From NCBI RefSeq assembly GCF_009834535.1, contig NC_045698.1:4528001-4592000 (forward strand): a stretch of 64,000 nt of DNA. The letters run 5' to 3'. The DNA is from Camelus ferus. Its lineage: Eukaryota. Shown piece after piece: positions 11,858 through 24,399 of this stretch. The notes under the pieces were generated by a model that was not told the DNA's origin, did no database searches, and was given only the letters and a program-made list of their open reading frames with translations. Position 1 is the first letter of the stretch. Every line of letters starts with the position of its first letter. The position numbers and the translations under genes were made by a program.

Positions 11858-13678
11858 AGCACCTGCCCACACAGCCCAGTACAGGGGCCCAAGGTCAACT
11901 TCTCAGGCTCCTGTCGCCTCTAGGAGAAGATGCTATTCCTGTACCTTTGTTATCTTCGATATTAAAAAGCGAATATTGGTTAGTTTCTAATAATAAAAAC
12001 AAGTGAGAGAATCCTGATGGTTTAAGAGACTGGAACAGAGGCAGACTGAAGAAGAGCATGCCAAGCCAGTAGTAGAGATGTTTTCTCGAATGAAAACAGG
12101 AAAATCCCTCTCACCATTTGAATGTGAAACATATAGTAATAAAAAATAAATAATTCTGTTTTCCAGACAAAAGCCTTTGTTAAAAACAACCCAAAGGTGC
12201 TCTTTGCAGAATGATTCGTGGGTCGAAAGGGCTCTTTTTCATTCATTTGCTATTTAAATTGATGTCAGGTTGAAATCAATTTTAATTAATTCAGTTGACT
12301 GGAAGTATGTTCAGAAATGTTGGATTTACAAGCTGAGAACAAAATAAAAACTATCCTTTTTTTTTTTTTAGAATCTAGTGAACCCAACTGATGAAACTAT
12401 CAGATAAATTGATTCCAAAAGGAAACAGTCTGTGAGGCTAGTCCTTGAACTATATTTGACTTATTAACAATGTTCTCAAAGCAGTGTTTCATTATAATGA
12501 ATTTCGTTCTATGAGAACTAGACATGAAGTGTTTAAATTCATCAATGACTAGCATATTGGTAGGTAAAGCTGCAGGTCAGAAGCTTCGGGTCAGTTGTGC
12601 CAAGTAGCTAACAGATCCTGTGTTTTGAGGGCAAGGAGTGTCGGGGGGGAAGGTTTCACACCGTTTTCTCCAGCAGCCACGCCTGTGGTTTTGCACACGA
12701 CTTGGCAGCTGTCTGTGGGCGAGTGGGCTCAGGTGTGGTTGTTCACCCCAGATACTGGAAGCTGGAGGCAAACCTCAAGGACAGTGTTCAAGGGGAGACT
12801 CCTGTTGAAATAAAAAATCATTCCATGCTTATCTGTTTGTTAACTTTAATGTCACCTAAAAAAATGAACTCAGTGTGTCTTCAAGACACCATGGTTGATG
12901 ATGCAGTGATTTGAAAAAAAAAGACCCACCAGAATATGAGCTGTTGCCATATTGTCACAGCCTGTTTCATCAGACTTGAGTACATAGCCGTTGTGAACTC
13001 TTGCAAAGTGTTTACTCAGCTGTCGGGACCCATCCCCGCAGAGGAAAACTTCCCTGAGAGAGGCTGGGAACACAAAGCTGTTTGTGAGCCAGAAACACGG
13101 CGACTGCTTTGAAGAGTAATTCAAAGAATTACCTCAGATTTAGCATAATCTGAACATGGGGAAGTGGGCATCCCTCGGAGAGAAGTTATTTTACATCCAA
13201 CAGAAAGGCAGCAGGACGTTAACTCAGGCTCAACAGTGGTAAAATCAAGACCAAAACTTGGTATCCAGCCCTGGTCAGTGTCCCGTAAGTGACAGCTTTG
13301 ATACTAGGGTTAGAAAAATGAATGAGAAAGAAAACAGAAAGATGCCGCCTGTCCTTTTAGGAACACGTATGCACACGCACATGTGCATAAATCAGAGAGT
13401 GTATTTGCTTGGGGTGGATCTGTGGTCTCGGTGATCAGACAAGCAGGAACTCTGTGCTGCACCACTGCACTGCCCTTCCACCGCCCCGGGGAGGCCGGGT
13501 GACTGTCAGCTCCCACTTGTTGACGCTGTCACTTGTCTGCGGCCGGCAGGCCCTCGTCCTCGGGCAGTTTCGGGACAGGAGCTTGCCTCCTGCCTCTGCT
13601 CATGCAGCGTCCGCTCCCCTGACCCATCGGGAGGTCTTAGGAGCTGCTCCTGGTCCGAGCCCTGGATCCCGAGCAGGC

Positions 13679-14010
13679 TGTCTTAGTCAGTGCTGGCTGC
13701 TGTAACAAGCACGCCGTAGACTGGGTAGCTCATTCACAACAGACATTTGTTTATTCCTCGCAGTTCTGGTGGCTGGAAATCCGAGATCAGGGTGCCAACC
13801 CGGCCGTTTCTGGGTTGCAGACGGTGCCACCTCCCTGTAACCTCAGAGGGTGGAAAGGGCAGGGAGGTGCGGGGCCGCTCTAATCGGGCACTAACCCCAT
13901 TCTTGCCTAAGTTCCTCATGACCTGATCACCTCCCAGAGGCCTCACTTCTAATACGGTCCTCACCTCGGGCACGAGGTTTTCAGCGAGGCTCTGGGGGTG
14001 CCCTCTGGAC
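13679..14010 (-). mobile_element. MaLR LTR (MLT1A-like)
   Basis: Begins tgtcttagtcagtgctggctgctgtaacaa and contains cagttctggtggctggaaatccgagatcagggtgcca and ctcatgacctgatcacctcccagaggcc. Confidence 0.85.
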
Positions 14011-15088
14011 GGCAGCGCCGGCCCGCGTGAGTCGGTGCTCGGATTGTGCTCCTACGCGCTTGGCACCAGCACCCTCCACTGTCCCTCTCGCCTCAGGCCC
14101 GTCGCTGACCTGGAAGGTCTGCTGTCACTGCGCCAGGGGAGGTGATGCTTCACCCGCAGGTCTGCCGACCACCTTCCAGGGGTTTTTCTCATTACGGGCC
14201 TCTTGGGGAATACAGATCAGCACGTGAGAGTTGACACGGCCATCCGATACGCAGCGGTTCTGTATTTGTGGTGACGTTGCACCTGTCGAAAAATCAGGAT
14301 TTTGCCAACTCGTTTTCAGTTTGTTGTTTTCGTATATATCTGCCATCTTAACAGATCGCTAATTACTTTAAATCATGTTTTTTAGTCTGTTTAGCGCTCT
14401 TTTGTGCTGATGGAAGCTCCCTTTTTCTGCCTATTTCCTCATCTTGGCAAATTTTAATTTTTATTCCATCCACTTAGTCACCACCCTCCTCAGCTAGCTG
14501 TCCCCTCCACCCCAACGCACGAGTGTGCCTTGGCTCGTATAATTTATATCAAAACTGAGAATAGCTGTTTGTGTAAGTGCAGGGCCAAGTTGTGAACGAC
14601 CCACGTTGCATTTTCCCGGGTTTGTGTGAGCGTCGCCTGGCAAGTCGCCGGGCGTCCTTGCCACAGGCCCTGGGTCTGGAGCAGCGGTTCTCTCTGGGGA
14701 CAGGAGAAAACTCTGGGAGTCACCAGGAGGTACTCAGGACACACTGCTCGCGCCCCCCGCCCCCCTAGACCTGCATGCTGTGGGCCTGCAGACCGCTCCC
14801 CAGTGGGCAGAGCGGCTTCTCAGCCACGTGCCTGTGATTTTCCTTGACACTATAGCGGTGAATTACATGGGTTACATCTTCATGAATCACACTTTATAAC
14901 CAGATATGTTTATTCACAATACAGACAAAAGTCAAACTAAGTTTCTAAGATGCCAGAATTTTTAGTATGACTTTCAGAAAGCTCAGCATCCCTTTACAAT
15001 GAAAAATACTGTCCCTGTTGTTAGCATCTCTTAAATGTTTCAGTGAGAAAATTAACCTCTTTTAATGTGTTTTTTTTTCTTGTTTCAG

Positions 15089-15155
15089 GTGGTACCTTGA
15101 CAAATTTGAAGATTATCCAAAATTCAGAAAAGCTATGATTCCGTTCTTGTTCTGA
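15089..15155 (+). CDS. SRD5A1: Steroid 5-alpha-reductase 1, coding part of terminal exon 5
   Basis: Translates (Q)WYLDKFEDYPKFRKAMIPFLF* with TGA at 15153-15155. Acceptor is ttttttcttgtttcag|. Confidence 0.98.
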
Positions 15156-16450
15156 GTTCCTGGCAGTGGAATTCTCTTCGACTTGAAGCCCCTGGACGGT
15201 GCTCCTCCGGGGATGATGTAAATGAATGTACGTCTCCGTGATTTTTCTGCTGCTTCATCCTTGTCAAGATTTGCTCTGGGATTTTGTGTCTGCCGGCAGA
15301 CCTGTAAGCTACCTAATAACAGGCCAGCTAAATTGATACGCAGGTTGAAGTGTGACGCCGCGCAGGTCAGGAGTCAGGAACTCTGTAATGGCGGCTGGCC
15401 TCCTCCGATTTTGAATTTGCCTCTGTGGACCAAAACATTTCTCTACCCCTTATACAACCCCTGCAGCAATCGGTTTAAGGGCAAAGGTGATATTGCCCCT
15501 CCCCCCACAGAGGCATGTCCTGTCCTCACATCCCTCTCCTCCCACTAGGTCAGAGGGGCCTGGCGACCCACGCTGTACCCACGCCTCTCGCTGGCCAGGG
15601 GAGAAGCTGGGCATAGAGGAGGGAGAGGCCCAGCGGAGGCCGGTGCAAAGGCCTCTGGCACCTGCTCCAGCCTGGCCCACAGGTGACTTCACTAGCAGGA
15701 CAAGGCACTGACAATGTTAAGGAGCAAGCCGTGTCCCCCAGGAAGGGCCCTTGGCTGGGAGCATGAAGGCGCCGCAGGGCAGCCCTCCCATCTCAGGTCA
15801 CTGGCCATGAGATGGATGTTCTTCCTCCTCCTAGGTAGAATTAGAATTTTTTTAAGGCATCTTTTTTTTTAAAGTCCCTCCCAATATTGCAAAACCATAA
15901 CTGGAAACAATTTCTTATTCAAATACACTTGAAACTCCACGGACATCAATGGCAGTAATTAAATGCACTACTCATTGCCAGATGGTTTAAAAGAAACCCC
16001 TTGGGCCCTCTGTAAACCTCTAGGGAACACGTGGTGCAGACCCTCCCTGTCCTGGGACATGGCTGCCTCCCTTTGCTGCCGCCTTGCAGAGGTGGAAGCG
16101 GAGGGAGCAGTGGGAGTGGAGTCTGTGTTCACTTTGATCGCTGACCATGCTCAGTGGCAGGGTCGTCCTGGGCACCCCATCAGCCCCCTCCCCCGTCTCC
16201 TGCTTCACCTTCTGACCAGGGCTTGTCTCCCTCGTATTTCCACATGGAAGCTGTACTCTCAGTGTTTGTGCTTTTTAGGGCCTCTTGGGGTTTTAAAATT
16301 ACACGGAAAACTTTTCCTGAGGTGGCTAGGCTTCATTTTCACTAGAAAATGGGATGCTTTTACAGGGAAACTTTATGATCAAATAAACTTTTTCTAACTA
16401 AATAATTACTTGAAATCATAAAACAATAAATATTTCAGATCTCCAGAAAA
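15156..16450 (+). other. SRD5A1: Probable SRD5A1 3' UTR
   Basis: Unique sequence from the stop codon to the first AATAAA cluster. The end is inferred, not observed. Confidence 0.6.
16382..16430 (+). terminator. Candidate polyadenylation signals (AATAAA at 16382-16387 and 16425-16430)
   Basis: Two canonical hexamers in an AT-rich context about 1.25 kb after the stop codon. Confidence 0.65.
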
Positions 16451-17884
16451 CTCAGAAATTTGACCAAGTCTTGACTGGTTTGGGCCCCTGCGCTCTGGAA
16501 GGCGTTCCTGGCCGGGAAGATGCTTGTCTGAGAGCCAAAAGCTCATTGTGAACTTTACTTCTGTTTGTGCTTCTTTTTTATTTAAGTGACTGTGGGTGCA
16601 AAAGTTGGGTTAACTCAGGCCTTGACGCACTGTTCCTGCTTCACCCACCGGCTCTGGATAGATGATCCACATAGGAAGAGATCCTGCTCTGTCTAGTCTG
16701 GCTGTCTTCTGCTTGCTGAAAACTGTAACTTAGCAAATCATCATCAGTCATTATTAATTACAATAATTAAGGAGTTTAATAAAATTACTTTTTAAAGTTT
16801 GGTCGTTTTGTTAGGCTTCTATCTGGACAATTGTTCACGCTCGACATTCAGACGGTAGCGTTATTTTCAGCCCTGAAATCCTCATCCCACATGTTAACAT
16901 TTCATCGTGCCAAATACTCTTTTCTGTCTCTGGGAAGATCTGTGTACTGTTCTTATAAATCTTGTGCATTTCTGCTAAGGTTATTTTTAGATGCTTGATT
17001 TTTTTTTTTATTGTGAGTAAGAATGTTTCCCCAAATACATTTCATAACCAGGATGAGTCAAAGCTCTTGATGTCTGTACGTTTCCACAACCAGCCATGCT
17101 GCTGAGATTATGTCATGAGTTCCAGGTTTTGTTGTTATTCTCAGGCTTTCTAGCCTTGCAGTCCCACCATTCTCAAACATCTCAGGTTCTTGTTTTGCAG
17201 TATTTGAAGCTGTTGCTTTTGTTAATTGTTCGCTTCTTAAATTAGCAAGAAATCCAAGAGCAGTATTGAACAATAGAGGTGATTATTAGGGTTCTCGAGT
17301 AGTTTCAACAGGAATGTCTAATTTGAGATTGCTGTGTTGAGCACTCTTATTTCCTTGCGTGGTTATTGATCTGTGTTCTACTTTAGCCATTGGGATCAAT
17401 TCTTTGCTTTTTTTTCTTAATCATCTATTTTATTTATTTTGAGATTTTGACTCCATACAGATCAGAAATGAAGATGAGTGTTTGCCAACAGGGTTAGAGG
17501 AAATGGCAAGATAAAACTGACATTCTGATCTTGTAGGTTACTTTCTTTACTAGATATTCTCAAAGCTTCTCTTTTTTGTTTGTTTTACTTTTATTATGGT
17601 AACTTCCTCTGTATTTCCTAGTTTATTAGTATCTGCCCTGATCTGATTTTCACTGTTCTAATTTGGGGAAAAATTTTGCTGTATTCATAACTACTTAGAA
17701 GGAGTACTTTTTCTTCTCAGCAAGAGTGTTTTTAGCTTTTAAGACTGTAATATTGACACATTTCCTTAAGTTTAATCGTGTTCCTGTAATTATGATTCTA
17801 AATAGTCTCAGCTGCATTTCTTAGGTTTACTTCGAACTAAATATTTTAGGGAAACTAATTTTTGTTTGGAATGGTGCCTTTTAC

Positions 17885-18293
17885 TGTTACGGAAATGACA
17901 GGCCTGCCAAGAAACAAGCACCACTCGAAGGGTTGGAGTACTCAGATTTATTACGCCGGCAGGCTCAGAGGGGCTTCTGCTCTGAAGCTCTGAGCACCTC
18001 CGAGATGTGTGCGTGGGGTTTTATAGGGTTAATTACAAGCTTGGGGCTATTAGCCAATAAGGCTCGAACAGCAAAACCAGGGAATCAGTACACTGGAACT
18101 TATCTATTAGGAACAGATCACGTTACTGACACTTGCTGAGCTTGGATTTTTGAGTTAGCTTGTTAGCCCAGTAGACTGACATTAAACTTCAGGTTTACGA
18201 GTTAGCCCAGCAGAACTTAGATCAGTCAACCGTCACTTACTACACTTAGATTTATGAGTTACCCTGTTAGCCCAGCCTGGCTTCTCCTTCACA
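17885..18293 (-). mobile_element. Solo LTR, ERV1 (class I)-type, 409 bp
   Basis: TG...CA termini and a perfect 4-bp TSD ttac (17881-17884 / 18294-18297). On the minus strand: an inverted CCAAT box (18054-18058), TATAAAA (18019-18025) and AATAAA (17947-17952), in LTR order. Internal gagtta...ttagcccag repeats lie in the U3 region. Confidence 0.9.
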
Positions 18294-18551
18294 TTACAAC
18301 CATTTGGGGGGATTTTATTTAGCTTTTTGTTTTGTCACATGTGTGGGTATGGTAGAGATCATTTTCTGTGAGATTTCTTCTCTGTGGAGTTGAAGTTTTC
18401 CTTCGTAGCCTCAAACCTTTTATAACAGTAACAACACCATTTTTAAAGTTTATGCTGTTTGGTCTATAGTTTGTTAATCAGACATTAATTGTATTGTTAA
18501 AGTTCTCTGCAACTGTTTCTAACATGTCAGATTTTCCTTTTACTTCTAGTA

Positions 18552-19153
18552 TGTGGGTTCTGCCCAGCAGAGGTCCCACCGAGATGGAGTGAGTGACTCG
18601 AGCCTCTGTGGAAAGTCAAGAGAGGGAGAGGGAGTCGGGGACCAACTCCTCGAGCCTCTCAAACACTCTCATGTTTATTGTGTGCAATCAAAGAAAAGAT
18701 CACAAACAATTGTGTCATGGAATGCAGGAGCTTAAGGAAAAACAGGATCGGGTCGAGATCATAAAATCCACAATGAGTACAAAGGCTTAATTTATCTTCA
18801 GGGCAGTCGTGGGGGGAGGGCGACAAGGTACATTCTTCAGATATAAGAAGTTGACTACAAAACAGACCACCAGACCAGCCAGTTCCTTGTCTTGGGGCTT
18901 ACAGAAAGCACACCCAGTGTTTATAGCATTTATAGCAAGGGACACACAATGGCTTTGCCATTGGAAGCAGCCCTAGGCTAAAACCGCAACTATGCAAGCA
19001 GGGCGTTGTCTCTGCTTTTTATGGCAAGGAGACAGACGTGCAGATGCACAGGTGCCTGCTAGCGAAGCAGGTGCTAAGCACGTTTGTTCCTCCTAAAGGT
19101 CCCAAGCAGCGGGGGTCTGTTACAGTGTATCAACCCGGGCATGGGCTCCCACA
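18552..19153 (-). mobile_element. Solo LTR, ERVK/betaretrovirus (class II)-type, 602 bp
   Basis: Perfect inverted termini TGTGGG...CCCACA and a perfect 6-bp TSD ctagta (18546-18551 / 19154-19159). Minus-strand AATAAA at 18674-18679. Confidence 0.9.
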
Positions 19154-19588
19154 CTAGTAGGTTTTGCTTTATGTTTTGATGCTGTTTCTCACAAGTTTCC
19201 ACCTTACAGTCTGGACTTGTTATCTATCTAAGATACTCTTCCTCCTGAGTGCCTTTTGCCTTGAATTTGATTCTTTGATAAGAAGATTGACACAGTGCTT
19301 TTTTTAGTCAATAAATTCATCTGGCATTTCTTTGCCCGTCTTCTCATTCCAAAGTTTTAAATATTATTCCTTTTAGTTGTCTTTATCAACATAATAAATG
19401 GACTTTGCCACTTAATAAGTTAGATCAAATTTTGTTACTAATTGCTACACTGAAATGTAGCATTTATCACATTTTCTGTTATTATTTGTTTGCAGCTTCC
19501 TTTGTTTACTTTCCATAGTGATTTGGAAAGAGGCATCCCCACCTCCGCTTTTTTTTCTTAAGCATCATCGGGAGTTGGTTTATGTTTT

Positions 19589-19653
19589 TAGGAGCACACT
19601 TAGGGGTGCACTTAGGAGTACACTAGGGGTACACTGAAGGGTACACTTAGAAG
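19589..19653. repeat. Short tandem repeat, ~12-bp unit (taggrgtacact) x ~5.5
   Basis: taggagcacact|taggggtgcact|taggagtacact|aggggtacact|gaagggtacact|tagaag. Confidence 0.9.
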
Positions 19654-20489
19654 CTTCTGGTTAAACAGGATGAACTTAACATGTGCCCTTACGTCTCTGC
19701 TCCCCGTCCTGCCCTTCATTACAGGCACTGTGAAGGAATTTAAGGATGGGGGATGGCCCCATAAAGGGAATGAGAGCGAGTCATCACTGCAGGGTAACCA
19801 CAGCACCCGTGGGAGCGGAGGCAGGTGAGGCCGGCAGAGGTGTGGTGATGATGGGGAGAGCCCACAGTGCGCCCGCCAAGAGGGGAGTTCCTAAATGCCA
19901 GGGCTGACACAAGGGCGGGAATGAAACACACACTGCAGGGCCGCCTGGAAGCACTCAGGCCATTCCTGCTCCCCACCAAGAGCATGCAAAGCCCCGAAGT
20001 CAGCTGTACGGCCCTTCCCAGGGAACATCACAGTGAGGGCAGGGCGGAGGCCTTCCATTAACAGAAATTAGCTCTCGGGGGGAGCACCAGAGCAACCAGA
20101 CATCAGCATCCCAGGAAAAAATTCTCCACGTTTTGGTCTTTGGGGACCCTCTGTATGGTGGTAGATCACCTTTCGTTTTGTGCTGCTCGGAGACTGGGGG
20201 GGGGGGGGCATCGCCCCTCAGTTACAGGCTCCTACTGCGCTTTCCTGGTGCTTTTGACAAAATGTGAACTGATCCCCCAGAATCACTGGATACCTAGAAA
20301 AGTCTACATCGTGAAAAGTAAAACAAACGCCTCTAGAGAAAACATCCTTCTGGAGCAAAAGGAAAATGTCCTTAAAAAATTGTAACACCTGGGCAATCTG
20401 GTGCCAACGGGTGAGTGGACACCTGCCGGGCGTCATGCACAGGAGCAAGACCCAGCAGTGTGGAGGGGCAGGCTACCGAGGAGGCTTAC

Positions 20490-21955
20490 AGATCACATCT
20501 GATAAAGGTTTTGTATCCAGATGTGTAAAGACCTCTCAAATTTCAATAACAAATATTTTAAAACATTTTTATTCACCAAAGAATACCTGCAAATGGCAAA
20601 TAAGCACACACAAGGAGTCTTACCATCTTTACTCATTAGGGAAACACCAATCAAACCACAATGAGATACCAGCACCCATCTCTTAGAATAACTAAAATTA
20701 AAAAGAACAGCCCACCCAAGACTCAGCAAGAATATGGAGTCACTGAAACTCCCACACACCGCTAGTGGGAACGTGGAATTGTTAGAGCAGGCAGATAACT
20801 AAATATGAGCAGAGAAAGGGGGACACAGACCAAATGACAGGAATTGGGCAGAAAGGAGGGGCACAGGCCAAATGCAGGAAACCATACATCATGTAAGCAC
20901 CAGGGGTCTCTGGACAGAGAAAGAAAAGCAGGAACCTTTGGGTTGATAAGGGGTCACAACTTTTAGGGTGATGAGTGGCCTGGGGACCAACAAAGAAAGG
21001 TGAGAAAAGGCAGGAATTTCCAATGTCCGAATGTAAACTTTTGCTCATTATGTCCTCATTTCAATAAACAGCCTTGCAGATCAGAAGTACCCATCATGCA
21101 CCGACACCATGACACTTCCGATCCAGACTAAATAAAGACAAAAATCCTTCCTCCCTTTGGGAAGGTGGAGTTGGGATGATAACCAGGGAATATGACCCCA
21201 AGCCCTTCCCTCCCCAGTGAATATTCCGCCCATTCATTTTTACACCTTGTGTAACTAATTTGCCAAAGAAACACAGGGCAGCCACTCACCTGAGCCCGCT
21301 CTTCCCTTGAGAGTGTACTATCCATCCTTTAATAAATCCTCACTTTACTTTTTTAACCACTACGTCTTCTCTCTGAATTCTTCCTGGGACAGGACAAGAA
21401 CCTAGAACACCAGTTGCATCTACTGGCAACAGAATGATCCAACCAATTTAGAAAACACTTTGACAGTTTCCTAAGAAGTTAAACATACACTTATTATATG
21501 ACCCAGACATTTCACTCCTAGGCGTTTACCCAAGAAAATGAAAGCATATGTCTATACAAAAACTTTTATATGAATGTTTATAGCAGTTTTATTTACAATA
21601 GCCAAAAACCAAGAGGTGAATGACTAAACTAAACATGTTGTGTGATATCCATACAACGGAATACTACTCTGCAATAAAAAAGAATAAACTATGAATCCCA
21701 GCAGCAACATGAATGTATCTCTAAATCATTACACTGACTGAAAGAAGCTGGTCAGAAAAGAGAGAATGCAGTATTGTGCGCAGGTAAGCATTTGCCTGGG
21801 AATGAGGGCAAGGAAGGAGGGGTCGTATTACAAAAGGGCACAAGGAAGCATTTGGGGTTGTTGGGTTGTTGTATATTATCTTGGTTGTATAAAAGTTTCA
21901 TGGCAGTATGCATTAAGTTATACAGTTTAGATATATGCAGTTCATTGTATGTCCA
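20490..21955 (+). mobile_element. Old L1 3' region (L1MC/MD-like), split by an LTR
   Basis: L1 ORF2-end and 3' UTR text (tcacatctgataaagg...; tatgacccagacatttcactcctagg; ggaatactactctgcaataaaaaagaa) resumes directly after the LTR TSD. Confidence 0.85.
20780..21431 (+). mobile_element. Solo LTR, ERV1 MER4-group-like, 652 bp
   Basis: tgttagagcaggcag...ctactggcaaca with a perfect 4-bp TSD gaat (20776-20779 / 21432-21435). AATAAA near 21331 is followed by a typical U5, ctgaattcttcctgggacaggacaagaacc. Confidence 0.88.
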
Positions 21956-21957
21956 TT

Positions 21958-22082
21958 CTTTTTTTTAAGTAATTTTTATGTATTATTTTTTAAACTTTTT
22001 TTTTAATGGAAGTACTGGGGATTGAACCCAAGACCTCATACATGCTAAGCACACACTCTACCACTGAGTTATACCATCCCTA
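21958..22082 (-). mobile_element. tRNA-derived SINE (camelid vic-1-like)
   Basis: The reverse complement reads gggatggtataactcagtggtagag...gggttcaatccccagtac plus an A-rich tail, with Pol III A and B boxes. Confidence 0.85.
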
Positions 22083-23794
22083 CCTCGGAATGTCCTGTCT
22101 CAAGCTTTTTTTTTTTCTTAAAGAAAATATAAGTTATTACACTCACAAAACAATAGGATGCAATGAAAATGAAATTCTCTGAGAACAATGAATCTAGGAA
22201 CTTAGAAAACAAAAACTTGATAGAAGAGGTAGAAGGTAAAATCAAGATTGTCCTAGAAAATATAACAAAAGATCAAGAATGAGGAAACATAGGACCAAGT
22301 AGGAGGTCCCACATTTAATGTGCAGGCGTTGCAGGAAAGCATTCTCTCCAATCCTGGAACCTGGATGATTTCAGGAAACTCTCTCCACAGAAGGTGATCA
22401 GAGGTTTGCTTCAAGATGACCCTTGAAACCAGGTGGGCTCAGATGAGACAGGAAGACCTGGTTGGCTTTCTGGTGAAGGAAGGGGGCAACTCCCTGGAGA
22501 ATAACAGTGTTTGGTACTAGAAAGGGAAACACAAAGCAATACCACCTGTGGGGGCGTGTGTGTCAAAGTATAAACGCAGGGATTGGATACACAGAAGTCC
22601 TTGATTGCGGTTGGCTTTGAAGGTGAGAGGAGACTGGAACTGAGGAAGGGAATCTAGGAGACATTAGCGTTCCGGGGTGGGTATTTGTTCCCATCTTGTT
22701 TCCTTTAAAGATCTAAAGCAAATATATCAAATCTATTTTTTCAAATATCAACATTTATGCTGGGTAGTTATACTTTGTAGTTTTATGTATTTTTAAATTT
22801 TTGATTAAAAAAAGAAAAGAATACAGAGATGAACAGTGGCGTTTAGACGGCGAGGAAAGGGAAGCCAGGATGCTGTAAATAGGAAAGGAGAAAAGAAATG
22901 GGCGATGAGCAAAGCATACGTGTCTTGAATCCACACAGACATTCAGAGGGAAACTCACAGGACCATGGAGAGCTCCACACAGGCCGCTGCCATGTGCTCA
23001 GGTCGGAGGGTCTCCCTGTCTCCTCCTTGTCAGTGCTGTCGGGGGACTGCAGGCAGCACAAGGAGGCCGTGAGCCCTGCTGAGATTTGATGACAGTTCCT
23101 GCACCCTGAATGAGATAGTGTAACAGAGGATAGATACTGCACCCCCTAAGTCCTGTATCGCCGGGGGAAATGCTGGGTCGGGCTACTCAGCACACTTCTG
23201 GAGTAACCTGTGGTCCACTGTGCCAGGCACAGTATCAGAGGAGAAGAAGAACAGGCAAAATACAGTTTGCCCCTAGTAGATCTGGGGTCTAGCTTAGAGA
23301 AAGACGTACACAGAAGGAAAATACAATACAATGTTTGCCTAACGGGAAGTGAAAAAGACAGAAGGCCCTCAATCTGCTCAGAAGATGCAGTATTTTTACA
23401 ATTCGGGGAGAAATAGTCTGGGCAGAGGATGGAAGAGTGAAGGGCAAGGAGGCTTCCTGGGACCAAACTGAGTCCAAAGTTGGTGAAGATCAAGTAAGAA
23501 AGGGGGACGGGAGAGCCTAGGATAAAACTGGCAGGTGAGAAGCATGTGAGGAAGGCACCCAAGTGACAGCCAAAGGATAGAAAGTCCCGTGGTTCAGGGC
23601 CCACAGGAGACGTCTGAGCGGGAGAGCGACCATGTCAGACCTAGAGGCTACAGCGGTGTCTCTGGGAGTGATGAGCGAGACGCAGATGAGTGAGCTGCCT
23701 CTCAAGAAAGGGAGGCTGGTGGGGAACCAGGAGAAGACGGGCCGGAGAGGTGAGAATGACACACTGGGGACTGGATGTTGAAAGGCTGTATTTC

Positions 23795-24055
23795 GAAAGG
23801 AGCAAAGGATTTGAATGGATGCTTCACTAAGGAAAATATACTCATGGCAAGTAAGCCCATGAAAAGACATTCAACATCCTGAGTCCTTAGGAAAATGCGT
23901 CGACATCAGAAACACATCACCACGCATGAGATAGACTGGTTCAGATCAAAGGGCTGACCATACTGTTGGTGAGGACGTGAAGCAACTCAAAGTCATACAT
24001 GTTACTGGTGGGAATGGAAAACAGTAAGACTGCTTTGGAAAACTAGCAATTTTCT
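23795..24055 (+). mobile_element. Old L1 ORF2 3' fragment
   Basis: gcaaaggatttgaatggatgcttcactaaggaaaatatac...ctggtgggaatggaaaacag...ctttggaaaac. Confidence 0.75.
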
Positions 24056-24172
24056 ACCTTTCCTTTCTCTCTTTCTCTCTTCCTTCCTCCCCTCCTTTCT
24101 TTGTTTCTTCTTTTCATTCTTATGTTCTTTCACTCTCTCTCTTTCTCTCTTTTCCTTTTTTTTTTTTTTTTT
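24056..24172. repeat. TC-rich simple repeat ending in T17
   Basis: Seen directly; the T run spans 24156-24172. Confidence 0.9.
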
Positions 24173-24189
24173 GGAGTTGCCAAATTTTT

Positions 24190-24399
24190 TAAAACATTTT
24201 TATTGATTTATAATCACTTTACAATGTTGTGTCAAATTCCAGTGTAGAGCACAATTTTTCAGTTATACACGAACATATATATGTTCATTGTCACATTTTT
24301 TTTCTCTGTGAGCTACCAAAAGATCTTGTGTATATTTCCCTGTGCTATACAGTATAATCTTGTTTATCTATTCTACAATTTTGAAATCCCGTCTATCTT
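24190..24399 (-). mobile_element. Young 5'-truncated L1 (3' UTR only)
   Basis: Nearly identical to the L1 tail at 30035-30235. TSD gagttgccaaattttt at 24174-24189 and 24400-24415. Confidence 0.9.

Larger units (their letters stand above)
16840..19520 (-). mobile_element. Highly diverged old L1 (L1M/ME-like), interrupted by two solo LTRs
   Basis: T-rich antisense L1-like text flanks both LTRs (e.g. agcagtattgaacaatagaggtgatt, ttttgccttgaatttgattctttgataagaagattg). Confidence 0.55.

Noticed and set aside
11600..12006. Gly/Arg-rich and Pro/Ser-rich ORFs
   Set aside because: They are artefacts of the C/T low-complexity tract.
5925..15155. Assignment as SRD5A2 or as the SRD5A1 processed pseudogene
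   Set aside because: GGKP, NGYLQSRYLS, DDWVTDPRF and TGYKIPRGGLFEY are type-1 signatures. Introns are present and the spliced frame is intact.
21995..22082. tRNA gene (also at 50880-50955)
   Set aside because: The A-rich tails, poor acceptor-stem pairing and a TSD on the second copy indicate SINEs, not functional tRNAs.
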